Source: Pyrodictiaceae archaeon
GTDB taxonomy: Archaea > Thermoproteota > Thermoprotei_A > Sulfolobales > Pyrodictiaceae
Length of the DNA stretch: 64,000 nucleotides
NCBI GenBank assembly: GCA_027036135.1
Contig: JALVSY010000007.1
Span: forward strand, 1,173,480 to 1,237,479
Direction of reading: 5' to 3'
Part shown: piece by piece, positions 19,930 to 30,254 of the stretch
How the letters are laid out: the number at the start of each line of letters is the position of its first letter
How positions within the stretch are numbered: the first letter of the stretch is position 1
Made by a program: the position numbers and the translations under genes
Notes under the pieces: model-generated
Databases searched by the model: none
What the model was told of the DNA's origin: nothing
Seen by the model: only the letters and a program-made list of their open reading frames with translations

Positions 19930-21324
19930 ATGAGGATGCCCCTACCCGTTACGAGGATGCGTAGGACGAGCCGTGAAGAGGGGAGAGCCGCTAGCTCCTT
20001 TGGCGCTGCTTACCTCGTACTAGTGGCTGAGGCAGGGGCTGCTGGGTTCTACATCGCGGTTACCCGTGGCCTCGCCCCGGTACTGATGGCCTACATAGGG
20101 CTAAGCGTTGAGCAGGTTATGCTCGTTGTTCTAGCTGCCTATGTCTCCGCGCTGGGCGTCCTCTCTGCTCTCCGGGGCCGTGGGGTTAGGAGGCTTCGTC
20201 GTAGCCTAGTAGCTATCCATGGGCTTGAGCGCGTCGCGTGGGGCTTGTTGCCGCTAGCTGCTCTACTCGGGCCCCCTGGGCTCATCGCTGCTTATTCCCT
20301 CGCTGTTAGCCTTGGTACGGTGACTAGCCTCCTACTAACAACCACTATCTTCAGTATATTCGATGAGGCTGGGGCTCGCCGCGTCATAGCTCACCGCTCA
20401 GCTGTGTCTGCTGCTAGCAACATTGTTGGCCAGTTGACGAGCATCCTTGTACTAGCCATTATGAGTGGCTACTCTAAGTACATCTACCTCTATGCCCTAG
20501 GCTCCGGCGTCGGGCTCGTCGCTACCGCTGTTCTCGCTGCCTCGAGGCTCCCTATACCCGAGAGTGTCGTAGCAAGCAGTACTAGGGCTGGCCTGGAGGA
20601 GGAAGCTGTATCGGGGACAGTGTTCCTCTACATGATAGCCTATATGGCCTCCTCCGCTGTTCTCGCTACCGCGTGGGCTCCCTACCTAATACGCGTCCTA
20701 GGCGCCCCAGACTACCTCGCTGCTGGGCTTGGGCTCGTGCAAATGGTTACTAGTATTGGTGCTAGTCTCTACTGGCTCCGTGTACCCTACTCTGCGTACA
20801 AGCAAGCACTACTGGTTCTACCCCTGGTCCCTGTCCTCGTCGCTGCTACGAGGGAGCCCCTACTCCACCTCGGTCTTGCAGGGCTCTACGCCTTCAGCGC
20901 TACGGGGGCTAACCTCTTGGCCAGCTTCCTCTACGCCGATCTCTCTAGGAGGCTAGGAGCGTTCAGCGCATCGATACGAGTAGCGATGGCGGCGGCTACT
21001 GCACAGGTAGCAGGGCTATCCGTGGCACTAGCCGCGTCGCAGCTAGGACTATGGGTGGTGTTCGCCTCCTCTGCTGCCTACGCTGTCCTTGCAGCGTTTA
21101 TTGCGCTCTACTCTCTACCAGAGGTTGCCCTTGTGCCCCGCGACCAGGCATTGGTGCATGCAAGGAGGCTCTACGTGGTTACTAGCGCTGCTTTCGGCTT
21201 CATAGTAGTGGTTTCGCGGAGAACCGTTGTAATGGTTCTACGCCTAGTGGCCCTGGGGCTTGCCTTGCTAATCCTATTGTTCCTTTATAGGCTGCTCTAC
21301 TACCTAGTAACCATACCACATTAA
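19930..21324 (+). CDS. MFS-like transporter
   Basis: About 12-13 hydrophobic helices in a two-half arrangement. Confidence 0.7.
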   Translation: MRMPLPVTRMRRTSREEGRAASSFGAAYLVLVAEAGAAGFYIAVTRGLAPVLMAYIGLSVEQVMLVVLAAYVSALGVLSALRGRGVRRLRRSLVAIHGLERVAWGLLPLAALLGPPGLIAAYSLAVSLGTVTSLLLTTTIFSIFDEAGARRVIAHRSAVSAASNIVGQLTSILVLAIMSGYSKYIYLYALGSGVGLVATAVLAASRLPIPESVVASSTRAGLEEEAVSGTVFLYMIAYMASSAVLATAWAPYLIRVLGAPDYLAAGLGLVQMVTSIGASLYWLRVPYSAYKQALLVLPLVPVLVAATREPLLHLGLAGLYAFSATGANLLASFLYADLSRRLGAFSASIRVAMAAATAQVAGLSVALAASQLGLWVVFASSAAYAVLAAFIALYSLPEVALVPRDQALVHARRLYVVTSAAFGFIVVVSRRTVVMVLRLVALGLALLILLFLYRLLYYLVTIPH

Positions 21325-21340
21325 CGAGGGAGGCTCTGAG

Positions 21341-21982
21341 ATGAGTACAGTAACCGCTACTAATGCTACGGGGCTCGAGGAGGCGCTGAGGCTAGCGCTA
21401 CGCGACCTAGCCTCGCTTGTACCGAGGCTCGCTGCCTCAGTGATAACTGGAGCAGTGCTCGTACTGGTCTCGGTTCTCATTGTGCGCCTAGTCTCGAGGC
21501 TACTAAGGGTCTCGAGGATAGACGAGCTACTGGACCCCGTATTCGAGAAGTATGGTGTGCCGTTTAGCTTCTCCTCGCTAGTGAACGGGCTACTCGTGTT
21601 CGTGCTCACCCTCCTAACCCTCTACGTCTCCATAGTCGCGGGGTTCCCCGAGTACAGCGGCGTCGCCGCGGAGATAGTCACGGTTACTGGTAGGATAGCG
21701 AGCGTGTTCGTAATGATACTCCTAGTATACGTGATTATTAACTATGTGACAGAGAAGCTACGGATGGAGAGAGGACTGAGAGGCTTCATGGCACTAGTGC
21801 TCTTCAACATCTCACTAATACTGTTGGTTGACGTCACTGCGCTAAGCCCGGTGGTTAAGCAGGCACTCGCGTGGGGCCTCAGCCTCGGCCTTGGGCTCTC
21901 CATAGCCGTGTTTACTGCCTGGTACTTCTTCGGTAGACCCGTTGAGAAGCCCGCTGCAAAGAATCGTGGCGAAGAACACTAG
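21341..21982 (+). CDS. Membrane protein resembling the mechanosensitive-channel TM-helix family
   Basis: LVPRLAASVI...RVSRIDELL pattern and C-terminal GLSLGLGLS. Confidence 0.55.
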   Translation: MSTVTATNATGLEEALRLALRDLASLVPRLAASVITGAVLVLVSVLIVRLVSRLLRVSRIDELLDPVFEKYGVPFSFSSLVNGLLVFVLTLLTLYVSIVAGFPEYSGVAAEIVTVTGRIASVFVMILLVYVIINYVTEKLRMERGLRGFMALVLFNISLILLVDVTALSPVVKQALAWGLSLGLGLSIAVFTAWYFFGRPVEKPAAKNRGEEH

Positions 21983-22067
21983 TCTCTTCGTCTATGGCCT
22001 CTGCGGCGCAGAGCCCTTGTCGCCTAGAACTAGGCCCCATATCCCCTACTATACGTGGGGCCGCCTA

Positions 22068-22865
22068 TTGGTCATTGTTCTCCGCGAGGCCTCTATTGGT
22101 TACCGTGGCGAGCCCGTGCTACGCAACGTTAGCGCCGAGCTGCGGGGCAGAGTAGTGCTTCTCGGCCCCAATGGAGCTGGGAAGACGACGCTTATGCGCG
22201 GTGTAGCTGGCATAGCTGACATCTACTCCGGCGAGGTACTCATCGACGGGGTGAGCGCTGCAGCCGCTTGTGGCTGCGCCGGTCTCCTAGGGGTTAATCT
22301 CCCAGAGGCCTATAACCTATTGTACCTTGATGCTTACCGGGTCCTTGAGCTCTACATGGATCTCCTAGGCGGCGACATAGGCTATGCCCTCGAGGTGTTG
22401 GAGAGACTCGGCCTCGGCAAGGACTTGCTGCGGAGGAGGAAGCCATGGGAGCTCTCAGCTGGGCAGCTTAAAGCCTTCACCACGGTCGCTGCTCTCGCCT
22501 CCAATGCTGGGAACATCTTGCTCGACGAGCCATTCGAGCAACTAGACCCCGCGCATAAAACCAGGGCACTGAGTCTCATAGAGCAGAGCAAGACGGGTAC
22601 ACTTGTCCTCGCTACGCACGAGACCTGGTTATTGAGGAGGCTGAGGAGCTGGAACGTCTACCTAGTATTCAGTGGGAGACTATGGGGCTCCATCGGCGCC
22701 GAGGAGCTCCTAGGCAGCGGCGTAGTAAGGGGGAGAGCCCGTGACGCCATCCTGGTCATCGAGGCCAATGGTTTTGTTATGAGCCTTGTCCGGGGCAGGG
22801 GTGAGCCCCTTATCAGGCTCGTTAGCCTCGACCACGTCTACGAGGTGTTGATGGAGGAGGCTTGA
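22068..22865 (+). CDS. ABC transporter ATP-binding protein
   Basis: GPNGAGKTT, LSAGQ, LLDEP; TTG 22068 chosen as start. Confidence 0.9.
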   Translation: MVIVLREASIGYRGEPVLRNVSAELRGRVVLLGPNGAGKTTLMRGVAGIADIYSGEVLIDGVSAAAACGCAGLLGVNLPEAYNLLYLDAYRVLELYMDLLGGDIGYALEVLERLGLGKDLLRRRKPWELSAGQLKAFTTVAALASNAGNILLDEPFEQLDPAHKTRALSLIEQSKTGTLVLATHETWLLRRLRSWNVYLVFSGRLWGSIGAEELLGSGVVRGRARDAILVIEANGFVMSLVRGRGEPLIRLVSLDHVYEVLMEEA

Positions 22866-22871
22866 TTCCTC

Positions 22872-23720
22872 TTGACAAAGTACTTGTTGTACAAGGTTCG
22901 CTCAATAACCCTTCACCCTGGCACAGTCTTCTGGTCAGTGTTCTTCGTATTGTTCTGGGCGATTATGTGGGTCTACGTATTCGGCACAGGTATAACAAAG
23001 TACTCATCCATGCCATGGTACCGCGAGGCCGTCTCAGCCTACTTCGCCACGGCCTTCAGCAGCCTAGGCATAATAGCCATGGGCTCAGCAAGCATAGGGC
23101 TGACACAGGGCTTGTTCACCAGCATCGCGGCGATAAGGTTCCTCACAAGGTTCTCCCGGCTAAGCCCCAGGAGATTCATAGTAGAGGATCTCGTTGCTAG
23201 CCTTCTCAGCCTACTCGTGGTAGCACTCGTAGAGGTAGTAGCTGTTATTCTCCTCGTGTGGCAGAGGTACGGTGTACTCATAGAGCCCAAGCACCCCTTA
23301 GCGCTACTAGGGCTACTTGTCGTCCTCGGGCTCTTCTTCTACGAGCTATCCCTCGTCTCCGGCCACTTGGCGCTCATGGTTGCGTCTAGGCACATGAGGA
23401 GCGCGTTATCGGGGCTATCGCTAATAGTGAGCTTCGTCCCATACGCACTACTGTTCACTGGTAGCGGGAACCTAGCAGGCTATGTGTTCCCGCCAATAGG
23501 GCTACAAGCACTAATAATCGGGGCCGTCTCGGGCGAAACGCCTCCAGCCACGAATACCATAAACTGGTTCAAAGAGAGCTTCCTAGAAGGCAGAGCCTAT
23601 ACATCCATAGACCCAGGCCTAGCCATGGCGGCGACACTGGTCTGGCTACTAGTAATGGGGATAGCGGCAATGGAGCTTGCTAGGAGAGCTAAGGCTGTTC
23701 ACCCAGCAGAGCTAGGCTGA
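22872..23720 (+). CDS. ABC-2 type permease
   Basis: About 6 TM helices, directly after the ABC ATPase. Confidence 0.75.
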   Translation: MTKYLLYKVRSITLHPGTVFWSVFFVLFWAIMWVYVFGTGITKYSSMPWYREAVSAYFATAFSSLGIIAMGSASIGLTQGLFTSIAAIRFLTRFSRLSPRRFIVEDLVASLLSLLVVALVEVVAVILLVWQRYGVLIEPKHPLALLGLLVVLGLFFYELSLVSGHLALMVASRHMRSALSGLSLIVSFVPYALLFTGSGNLAGYVFPPIGLQALIIGAVSGETPPATNTINWFKESFLEGRAYTSIDPGLAMAATLVWLLVMGIAAMELARRAKAVHPAELG

Positions 23721-23725
23721 GGAGA

Positions 23726-23798
23726 GGCCTCGGCTCACGGCCGTGCCCGGTGGAACCACACCCAGGGCTTCGGCCTGACGTGCAGACGTCATCGGCCC
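23726..23798 (-). ncRNA. Box C/D 2'-O-methylation guide sRNA (candidate)
   Basis: Minus strand: GGCC-GATGA(C)-cgtcTGCACGTCAGg-CCGA(D')...CCGA(D)-GGCC terminal stem. The guide is complementary to the conserved LSU rRNA sequence CUGACGUGCA. Confidence 0.7.
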
Positions 23799-23828
23799 AT
23801 AACTATTACAAGGATAACGGGGGAGGGG

Positions 23829-24656
23829 CTATATCTCTGCCCTATGCCCAGTCGGCATCACTGCTACCGGGATCTCTGTATAGCAGTCTATTCCCAGCAG
23901 CTTGCATAGTTCTTGGTCATAGAAGGCGCCGATAACCACTGTTGCTAGTCCCAGGGCCTCTGCCACGATATAGATATTCTCTACCACTGCGCCCGTGTCG
24001 ACGTGTATGTAGCGGTAGGCTTTCGCATGGTACTTACTAGCTGTTCTCTGATACATAGCTGTGAGTATTATAGCGGCAGGTGCCTCCGCTACGTGTTCCT
24101 GGCCTAGGCATATCTCGGCTAATTCTCCTAGGTAGCGGCCTCGCCTCATTAGGCATAAGCGATGGGTATCTGGCTCGTAGTGGTAGAGACCAGGTGGGAG
24201 ATCCTCCGCGTTCTCTGCTACGAGGTATGCTTCTACTGGCTGGAGGCCGCCAGCGCACGGATAGCTGCGTAGAGGCCACTCGTTATCCCATCCAGTTATG
24301 CCTACGCCGTAGTAGAGCAGTGTTGCTACCTCCTCTAGGGATAAGGGTGAGCTGCTATAGCTGCGCCTACTCCTCCTACGTCTTATAGCCTCTAGTGCAT
24401 CCATGCCGGATGCTCTCAGCGGCTCTGGTAGCTCGTAGTGCTTTCCGCGGCAGTGCTTGAAGAACCCGGGCCACCTGGGCCTAGGTCTCTCGAGATAGGT
24501 GTCGCGCTTAATCATGGTGGAGTAGTGGTAGAGGGCCGATACGTCTCCGTCCTCTAGGGCTTTCTCTAGTCCCTCAACGAATAAGCGAGCACTTGGACCC
24601 AGTAATCGAATTAGTCTTAGAAGCTTAGCTAGGAGAATACGCTTATCCATAGACAA
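23829..24656 (-). CDS. SagB/ThcOx-type nitroreductase-family oxidoreductase
   Basis: RRRSRR, RSYPCAGGLQPVE, GLYHY, YRY..VDTG. Confidence 0.9.
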   Translation of the reverse strand: MSMDKRILLAKLLRLIRLLGPSARLFVEGLEKALEDGDVSALYHYSTMIKRDTYLERPRPRWPGFFKHCRGKHYELPEPLRASGMDALEAIRRRRSRRSYSSSPLSLEEVATLLYYGVGITGWDNEWPLRSYPCAGGLQPVEAYLVAENAEDLPPGLYHYEPDTHRLCLMRRGRYLGELAEICLGQEHVAEAPAAIILTAMYQRTASKYHAKAYRYIHVDTGAVVENIYIVAEALGLATVVIGAFYDQELCKLLGIDCYTEIPVAVMPTGHRAEI

Positions 24657-24751
24657 GGGTATAGCGATCCCCTGGTATCGGGGTAGTGTTGCGCGCCGTA
24701 TTCATCCCTTACCGTGGCTAGTGTCGCTATTTCCTTGGGGCTCTTTTTGAC

Positions 24752-25312
24752 TCATTGTCTCTTTATTAGCTCCTTGGAGGTTTTTGCCTTGGCTTCTTTG
24801 CTGCATAATGCCCAGTGTATCTTGTAGAGCGCGTAGGCTATGCGGGTTAGGGCTTCTGACACGAGTGCCGCTAAGCTGCGGGGCACTGTTCCCTCTTCTA
24901 GCGAGGCGCGGGTAATGCTTCTCTCTGCTGCTCTTAGCCTAGTGGCCGCGAGCATTATGTCGGGGTCCTCGGGTGTACAGCCCGTGAGGCTCCACCCCCA
25001 TGGGTCTTCTAGTCCCTGTTCAGCCTCCTCTACTAGCCTCGTGATCTCCTCCAAGGTGGCTGCTCCGGCGAGGAGTATTGGTATTAGTCTTGTTGCTTGT
25101 TGTAGCTTTTTTAGCCGCTTTGCGAGCCTTGTTTCGCCTCGTTTCTCTAGGCCTAGCCGGGCCCGTGCGAGCAGCGCTTCGGCCTCCTCTATGGAGCCAT
25201 AGGCCTCTATCACTGGGCTGTGCTTCGGTACACGGATGAGCTTGCCAGCTATGTATGCCTCTGTCTCTAGCCCTGCGCAGAGCTGGCGGCGCGTCGTCGC
25301 TGTACTCGGCAC
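24752..25312 (-). CDS. PduO-type ATP:cob(I)alamin adenosyltransferase-like protein (divergent)
   Basis: RVPKHSPVIEAYGSIEE and LRAAER motifs. Confidence 0.65.
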   Translation of the reverse strand: MPSTATTRRQLCAGLETEAYIAGKLIRVPKHSPVIEAYGSIEEAEALLARARLGLEKRGETRLAKRLKKLQQATRLIPILLAGAATLEEITRLVEEAEQGLEDPWGWSLTGCTPEDPDIMLAATRLRAAERSITRASLEEGTVPRSLAALVSEALTRIAYALYKIHWALCSKEAKAKTSKELIKRQ

Positions 25313-25408
25313 AGGAGACCACGCTCCTAAGTAATACTATATTAGCCTCTGCATAAATATATAGTGTTCCTCAAAGATATGCTTAAGCAGCTCGGTGCTT
25401 AGCCAGTG

Positions 25409-25993
25409 TTAGCCATAATACTCTATGAGCGTATGGAGCCCTTTTATCCCGGAACGCCCAAGCTTAACCCATATTATAAGATCTTCATCCCCGCACCACA
25501 AGGCATTCAGCTTAGCCCCCATGAGCAGGTAAACGTTCTTGCCCCATAACCGGTGCCTTGTCGGAGCACTATACCCTAGTGAGGGACCGTAGGCTTGTAG
25601 AACACCTATTAGCTCGTTGAGAACCGTGCATGGATTCCCAGAGACCCGGCTAGCTATTAACTCGGTTCCGTCACTATAATCTACTATGACGGCGTCCTTG
25701 ACCGGGATTATTGACGGGTTTCCATGAATGGCTAATATTTCCCTTACAGCTTTCTTACCGCTTACTGCCCTTACGGGGGCATATCCTCCTGGAAGACTCG
25801 GCGGATAGGCTAGGCCAGTAGCTTTCTTCTCCAGGTAAAAGTACACTGTGAACGAAGCAATAGCGACAGATAATGCTACTACTATTATTATCCAAGTAAT
25901 TTTCTCGCTTTTCACGATGCAATCTACCCGGGGAACACGGTGAACCCTGCATTGTTTAGTTAGGCATTGCGGCGCAGATATTAGGCTAGGCAC
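25409..25993 (-). CDS. Hypothetical membrane-anchored protein
   Basis: Single N-terminal TM; true start probably near 25915. Confidence 0.6.
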   Translation of the reverse strand: MPSLISAPQCLTKQCRVHRVPRVDCIVKSEKITWIIIVVALSVAIASFTVYFYLEKKATGLAYPPSLPGGYAPVRAVSGKKAVREILAIHGNPSIIPVKDAVIVDYSDGTELIASRVSGNPCTVLNELIGVLQAYGPSLGYSAPTRHRLWGKNVYLLMGAKLNALWCGDEDLIIWVKLGRSGIKGLHTLIEYYG

Positions 25994-26056
25994 CTTATTA
26001 GCTAGGGGGTCGCTTATTTTCTATAAGGATATGAATGGTGATGGGGCTAATTTTTC

Positions 26057-26737
26057 CTAGAGTGTTACCAGCCCAGCCCAGTGGGCTAGTAGTAGCAGTG
26101 CTAGGCTCACGAGGGGCACGCTAATATTGTCGTCTATGAGGCCATGCTTCTCTATAAGCGCGGCAATGAGAGCTGTTAGCGCGCCCACAGCGCCGAACAA
26201 TGCTGCCCCGACCGGAATAGAGACGGCCATGAAGCCAAGGGTGCCGTCCCAGCTCTTTACTCTCCTCCTCTGCCTAATCCCCCTGATTATCCCGGTTATT
26301 CCGTCACCGAAGCTCATCAGGAATAGGGGGAATACTGCTAGCCACACGCTTATGGGCCAGGCGATGAGGACTGCTAGTGACCAGCTCAAGCAGTAGTATA
26401 CCTCGCTTATGTTGCTCGGGTCCTGGAACCAGTACATGAGCCTCCCAGTCCTATGCGGTAGGTAGACGTAGAGTGCTAGCAGCAATCCTAGCAGGAAGGG
26501 AACCCAGGGCTCATGGAACAGGAACGGCACGAGGAGCGCCACGAAGCCTCCTGCGGCCATGTGGATAACCTTCCTAGCTATGTAGATTCCTACTCCCTCG
26601 CCCCACTTCTTGGAGCCAAAGTGATAGCTCCACTTAGCAAGGCCGTGGATCGCGAAGAGAACCCAGCCAGCCAGCGGTATCGATACCAGGAAGTCCCTAA
26701 TGAGTAAGCTGAGGCTCGGAGTATAGGCCTCGAGCAA
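26057..26737 (-). CDS. Dolichol/phytol kinase family membrane protein
   Basis: RKVIHM, FGDG, KSWDGT and DDNI motifs. Confidence 0.85.
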   Translation of the reverse strand: MLEAYTPSLSLLIRDFLVSIPLAGWVLFAIHGLAKWSYHFGSKKWGEGVGIYIARKVIHMAAGGFVALLVPFLFHEPWVPFLLGLLLALYVYLPHRTGRLMYWFQDPSNISEVYYCLSWSLAVLIAWPISVWLAVFPLFLMSFGDGITGIIRGIRQRRRVKSWDGTLGFMAVSIPVGAALFGAVGALTALIAALIEKHGLIDDNISVPLVSLALLLLAHWAGLVTL

Positions 26738-26836
26738 CCTAGATCAGCCCTTCACTGCGCAATGGGTGTTATCGTCGTGTACTGTGCTGTTCTGCTCTGG
26801 GGTATTTAAAGGGAGACCTGGGGAAGAGCATAAGAA

Positions 26837-26866
26837 GTTACCTAGGTAACAGATTACCTGGGTAAC
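26837..26866. promoter_or_regulatory. Tandem palindromic operators (16-bp period) upstream of the ATPase gene
   Basis: GTTACCTAGGTAAC (perfect) and ATTACCTGGGTAAC, downstream of TATTTAAA (26803-26810). Confidence 0.65.
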
Positions 26867-26873
26867 CAGAGAG

Positions 26874-27830
26874 TTGTTGTTCGACCTGCGCCCCAAGGAG
26901 AAGAGGAGCGAGCTATACGACCGCGAAGAGGAGCTAGAGAGGCTCCACCGACTAGCTAGGACCGAGTGGGTAGTGATACTGGGTAGGAGGATGAGCGGTA
27001 AGACGTCGCTCCTAAAGACGTTCCTAAACGAGGTAGACGGGATATACGTTAACCTCTCGGGAGTGAAGAGCATCAAGGGCCTCATAGAGGAGCTTGCACG
27101 GCACATAAGAGACATAAAGCTCTCACTAAGCATAGGGCCCCTAAGCGTTTCCTGGACAAGGCTAGCAGAGGACATATTCTCGCGCCTAGAGGGCAAAGTA
27201 ATAGGGCTCGACGAGGCCCAGGAGCTACCCAGCAACTATGCTCTCAAGCTCTTCAAGAAGATATGGGACACCTATGACGTGAGAATAGTGTTCACCGGCT
27301 CCATGATGGGGCTTCTCCAGCGCCTACTAGAACCAGGCCCAAGCAGCCCCCTCTACGGCAGGCAGCCGGCGAGGATAATGCTGCGCCCCTTTACCAGGGA
27401 GCAGAGCCTAGGCTTTCTCAGGAGAGGCTTCGAGGAGTGCAGAATGAGAATAAGAGAGAGCGAGCTAGAGGAGGCAGTGGAGAGACTCGATGGCTACCCC
27501 GGGTGGCTAACCTACTACGGCAACGCTAGGTGCATCCGAGGCATGGATCACGAGGCAGCGCTCAGCTACGTGTACAACGAGGGTAAGCAAGTGCTCCTCG
27601 AGGAGCTCAAGCGCTTCCTCTCAACTAGGCGAAACCCCGAGCTCTATACTAGGCTTCTACGCCTCCTACCAGCTACGTGGAGCCAGTTGCTAAGAGCGCT
27701 ACAAGTAAACCCTAAGACACTGCGCGACGCACTGAGAAGCCTAGAGGGGGCAATGATTGTTGAGAAGATAGGGAGCACGTACACGATACCCGATCCCGTT
27801 ATGCGTGCACTCGTTTACGAGCTACAGTGA
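26874..27830 (+). CDS. Archaeal P-loop ATPase with C-terminal wHTH
   Basis: LFDLRPK..LYDREEEL, GRRMSGKTS, DEAQ, SPLYGR, DGYPGWL. Confidence 0.9.
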   Translation: MLFDLRPKEKRSELYDREEELERLHRLARTEWVVILGRRMSGKTSLLKTFLNEVDGIYVNLSGVKSIKGLIEELARHIRDIKLSLSIGPLSVSWTRLAEDIFSRLEGKVIGLDEAQELPSNYALKLFKKIWDTYDVRIVFTGSMMGLLQRLLEPGPSSPLYGRQPARIMLRPFTREQSLGFLRRGFEECRMRIRESELEEAVERLDGYPGWLTYYGNARCIRGMDHEAALSYVYNEGKQVLLEELKRFLSTRRNPELYTRLLRLLPATWSQLLRALQVNPKTLRDALRSLEGAMIVEKIGSTYTIPDPVMRALVYELQ

Positions 27831-28700
27831 CCTGGTATCCATGCTCCACTTCTTCACGAGGCGACTTAGTCCCCGGAACCCATAGCCAGCCTTAACGAGC
27901 CGGAGCACCCGGTCCCGGCTCTCAGGGGATATGTAGCTACCACCTATTACGTGGAAGCCAAGGAGACGAGCACTCAGTGGGTGAAAGCTACTCGTTGGAC
28001 CAACAACACTCACTAGCTTGGGCTCAGCGTGCAGGAGCGCAGCCCAGAGCCTGGGGTCAACGAGACTAGCGCCTGTGGCCACGACCTTGTCGAAGGCGTC
28101 AAGCTCCACTAGGAGCTGGTTACCAGGCCTAGCCTCTAAGCCGCGCTCAGAGGCCTCACGCCTATGAACAGGGTTATCCTCGTATAACACGACGTTCTCC
28201 CTGCCAACGCTCTCAGCAATTATATCAGCTACTCTGTGGACATACCCGATAATAGCGACTCTCTCCCCCGGCTCCAGGCTCAACAATTCTATAAAGTCGC
28301 AATCAAAACAGACAGCCCCAGGATCATCATCTATTACAGCGTTCATGGCGGCATTGGCAGCTGCGAGGGCCAGGGAGGAGAGCAGTGGGTGCTGCCAAGC
28401 AAGCCCCATAAGCTCGCCTAGGGTATGATCCCCGAGAACCTCCTCTGGGAGAGGAGCATCACCAGTAGCGAACGCGATGCCTACGTGACCAGCCTCGGTC
28501 ACCACGTATACCCATTTCCTAGCAAGCCCAGCCTCATGTACAACAAGGGAGGCATAGCTAGACAAGCGCCCAGTAAACGGGGACAACAATGCCTCGGCAA
28601 GCGTGGTTCTCTCGCCCCAGCGCGGACGAGGAGCACAAGATAAGCCCAAGTCACGGCTAGGCAACGACCAGCACCTACAGGGAGGAGAGTCAAGCTGCAA
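27822..28700 (-). CDS. DUF364 Rossmann-like protein
   Basis: LALAAANA, VATGASLV, VVGPTSS. Confidence 0.75.
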   Translation of the reverse strand: MQLDSPPCRCWSLPSRDLGLSCAPRPRWGERTTLAEALLSPFTGRLSSYASLVVHEAGLARKWVYVVTEAGHVGIAFATGDAPLPEEVLGDHTLGELMGLAWQHPLLSSLALAAANAAMNAVIDDDPGAVCFDCDFIELLSLEPGERVAIIGYVHRVADIIAESVGRENVVLYEDNPVHRREASERGLEARPGNQLLVELDAFDKVVATGASLVDPRLWAALLHAEPKLVSVVGPTSSFHPLSARLLGFHVIGGSYISPESRDRVLRLVKAGYGFRGLSRLVKKWSMDTRSL

Positions 28701-28765
28701 GGCTATTAGGCCTTACTCGTGGAGCGAGCACCGAGTTCATATAGGTCAAGGTTATCCGATAAGGG

Positions 28766-29254
28766 CTACTCTATATCGAATGGTATCTCTAGTAGCTCCT
28801 TGCTTCGCCTAAACCGTGGCTTACCCAGCCTTATGCGCCCGATACAACCAGTTGTCTCTGTGTGCTCCTTGTTACACGCGTTGATGTTCCAGATAGAGCC
28901 GTCAATATCCCTTATAACTACTATGCTGAGCTCTCGCACCTCTGGCGGGACTGGGAACAAGTCATAGATGTCGTTGCCGAAGCGCTGCTCAGCCACCTCT
29001 CTTGGGAGCACTAGTACCTCTACTCCTAGGTTCTTCTCAACAGCCTCGTTAGCTAAGCGCTCTATCTCCTCTATCTCCTCCCTAGTGGGTTTGCGATTAA
29101 ACTTTACAACAAGCCTGCCATGGCTCCCATTGACGTAGGTGGAGGCTGTCCACTTAGCCGCCTCGCCTAGGACGCGGACAACAGCGCCCTTAACCACGTG
29201 GAGCGCGGTATGAGTCCTAACCTCCACCGGGTACTCACGCGGACAAGAAGCCAC
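28766..29254 (-). CDS. alaX: Free-standing AlaX (AlaX-S type) tRNA editing protein
   Basis: HTALH and CNKEH Zn motifs; GTG 29254 preceded by a GGAGGTG SD. Confidence 0.9.
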   Translation of the reverse strand: MASCPREYPVEVRTHTALHVVKGAVVRVLGEAAKWTASTYVNGSHGRLVVKFNRKPTREEIEEIERLANEAVEKNLGVEVLVLPREVAEQRFGNDIYDLFPVPPEVRELSIVVIRDIDGSIWNINACNKEHTETTGCIGRIRLGKPRFRRSKELLEIPFDIE

Positions 29255-29380
29255 GAGAGGCACCTCCCAGTACCCCCTATACGGATAGCGCAGCGATAAA
29301 TAACGAGATAAGCCACGAGGAGAATATTTCTTCCCGTATCCAGTGTGGCGGCGAGAATGTGTAGTGGTGGTGCCGGCGCA

Positions 29381-30092
29381 ATGGGTGTAGAGCTGCTCCG
29401 TGTAGAGAATATTGTTGAGTGCAGAGTGGTTGAGCGGCTTAACCGCTTCGTGGCCCTCGTTGAGAGGAACGGCTTGGAGAAGGCCCATATAAACAACACT
29501 GGTAGCCTAAGAGGAGTACTGGTAAAGGGTAGAAGGGGGTATTGTATCCCTCGGAGAGGCGGCAAGACAAGGTACCGCCTAGTAGCAATAGAGTGCCCCG
29601 GGTACCACAAGGCAGCGCTCATAGATACCTGGCTCCAGATGCGCGGCTTCGAGATAAGCGTTGAGAACAATTACTTGCCATGGCTAAGGGGCTGCAGGGT
29701 TGCCAAGAGGAACCCGAGGGCTGGCTCCTCGCTACTAGGACTACCTCCTCGAGTGCAGCGGACAAGAGGTCTACGCCGAGATAAAGAGCGCGACCCTCCG
29801 GCTCCCCGGGGACAAGGCCTCCTATCCGGAGCCCGCAAGCCTGCGGGGCAGGAGACACGTAGAGGAGTTAACGAGGCTAGCTTTACAAGGCACAAGGGCC
29901 CTACTAGTCTTCATAGCTGGTATACCCGGCGCGAAGGGCTTCAGGATAAACGAGGAGGCCGACCCACTGCTCCCAGAGCTACTAGAGAACGCGGTAAGGG
30001 CAGGAGTAACCGTGAAAGCCTTGTCAATGACGTATAATCCGGAGGATAGCAGTGTTGTCCTCGATAACCCCGACCTCGCGATGGATCCCTAG
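29381..30092 (+). CDS. sfsA: SfsA nuclease/DNA-binding protein, frameshifted near 29738
   Basis: [13 protein letters not shown]; removing one G gives [28 protein letters not shown] through to TAG at 30092. Confidence 0.85.
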
Positions 30093-30254
30093 CTTTTGCT
30101 TTGTCTTCATCCTAGGCTCCTGTCTCTGGGCCATATTCTTGCCTGGCTACGCGGGCATTATTCCCTAATTACTCCTAAGCCTTATTAACACGCGTTGAAC
30201 AGGGAGGCTTTCTCGGTAGGACGGACTAGCCCGGCTAAGAGGTGAGAGGAGCCT

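Noticed and set aside
24660-24750. Minus-strand GGATGA...CCGA as a C/D sRNA
   Set aside because: Only one box pair, with no terminal stem or recognisable target
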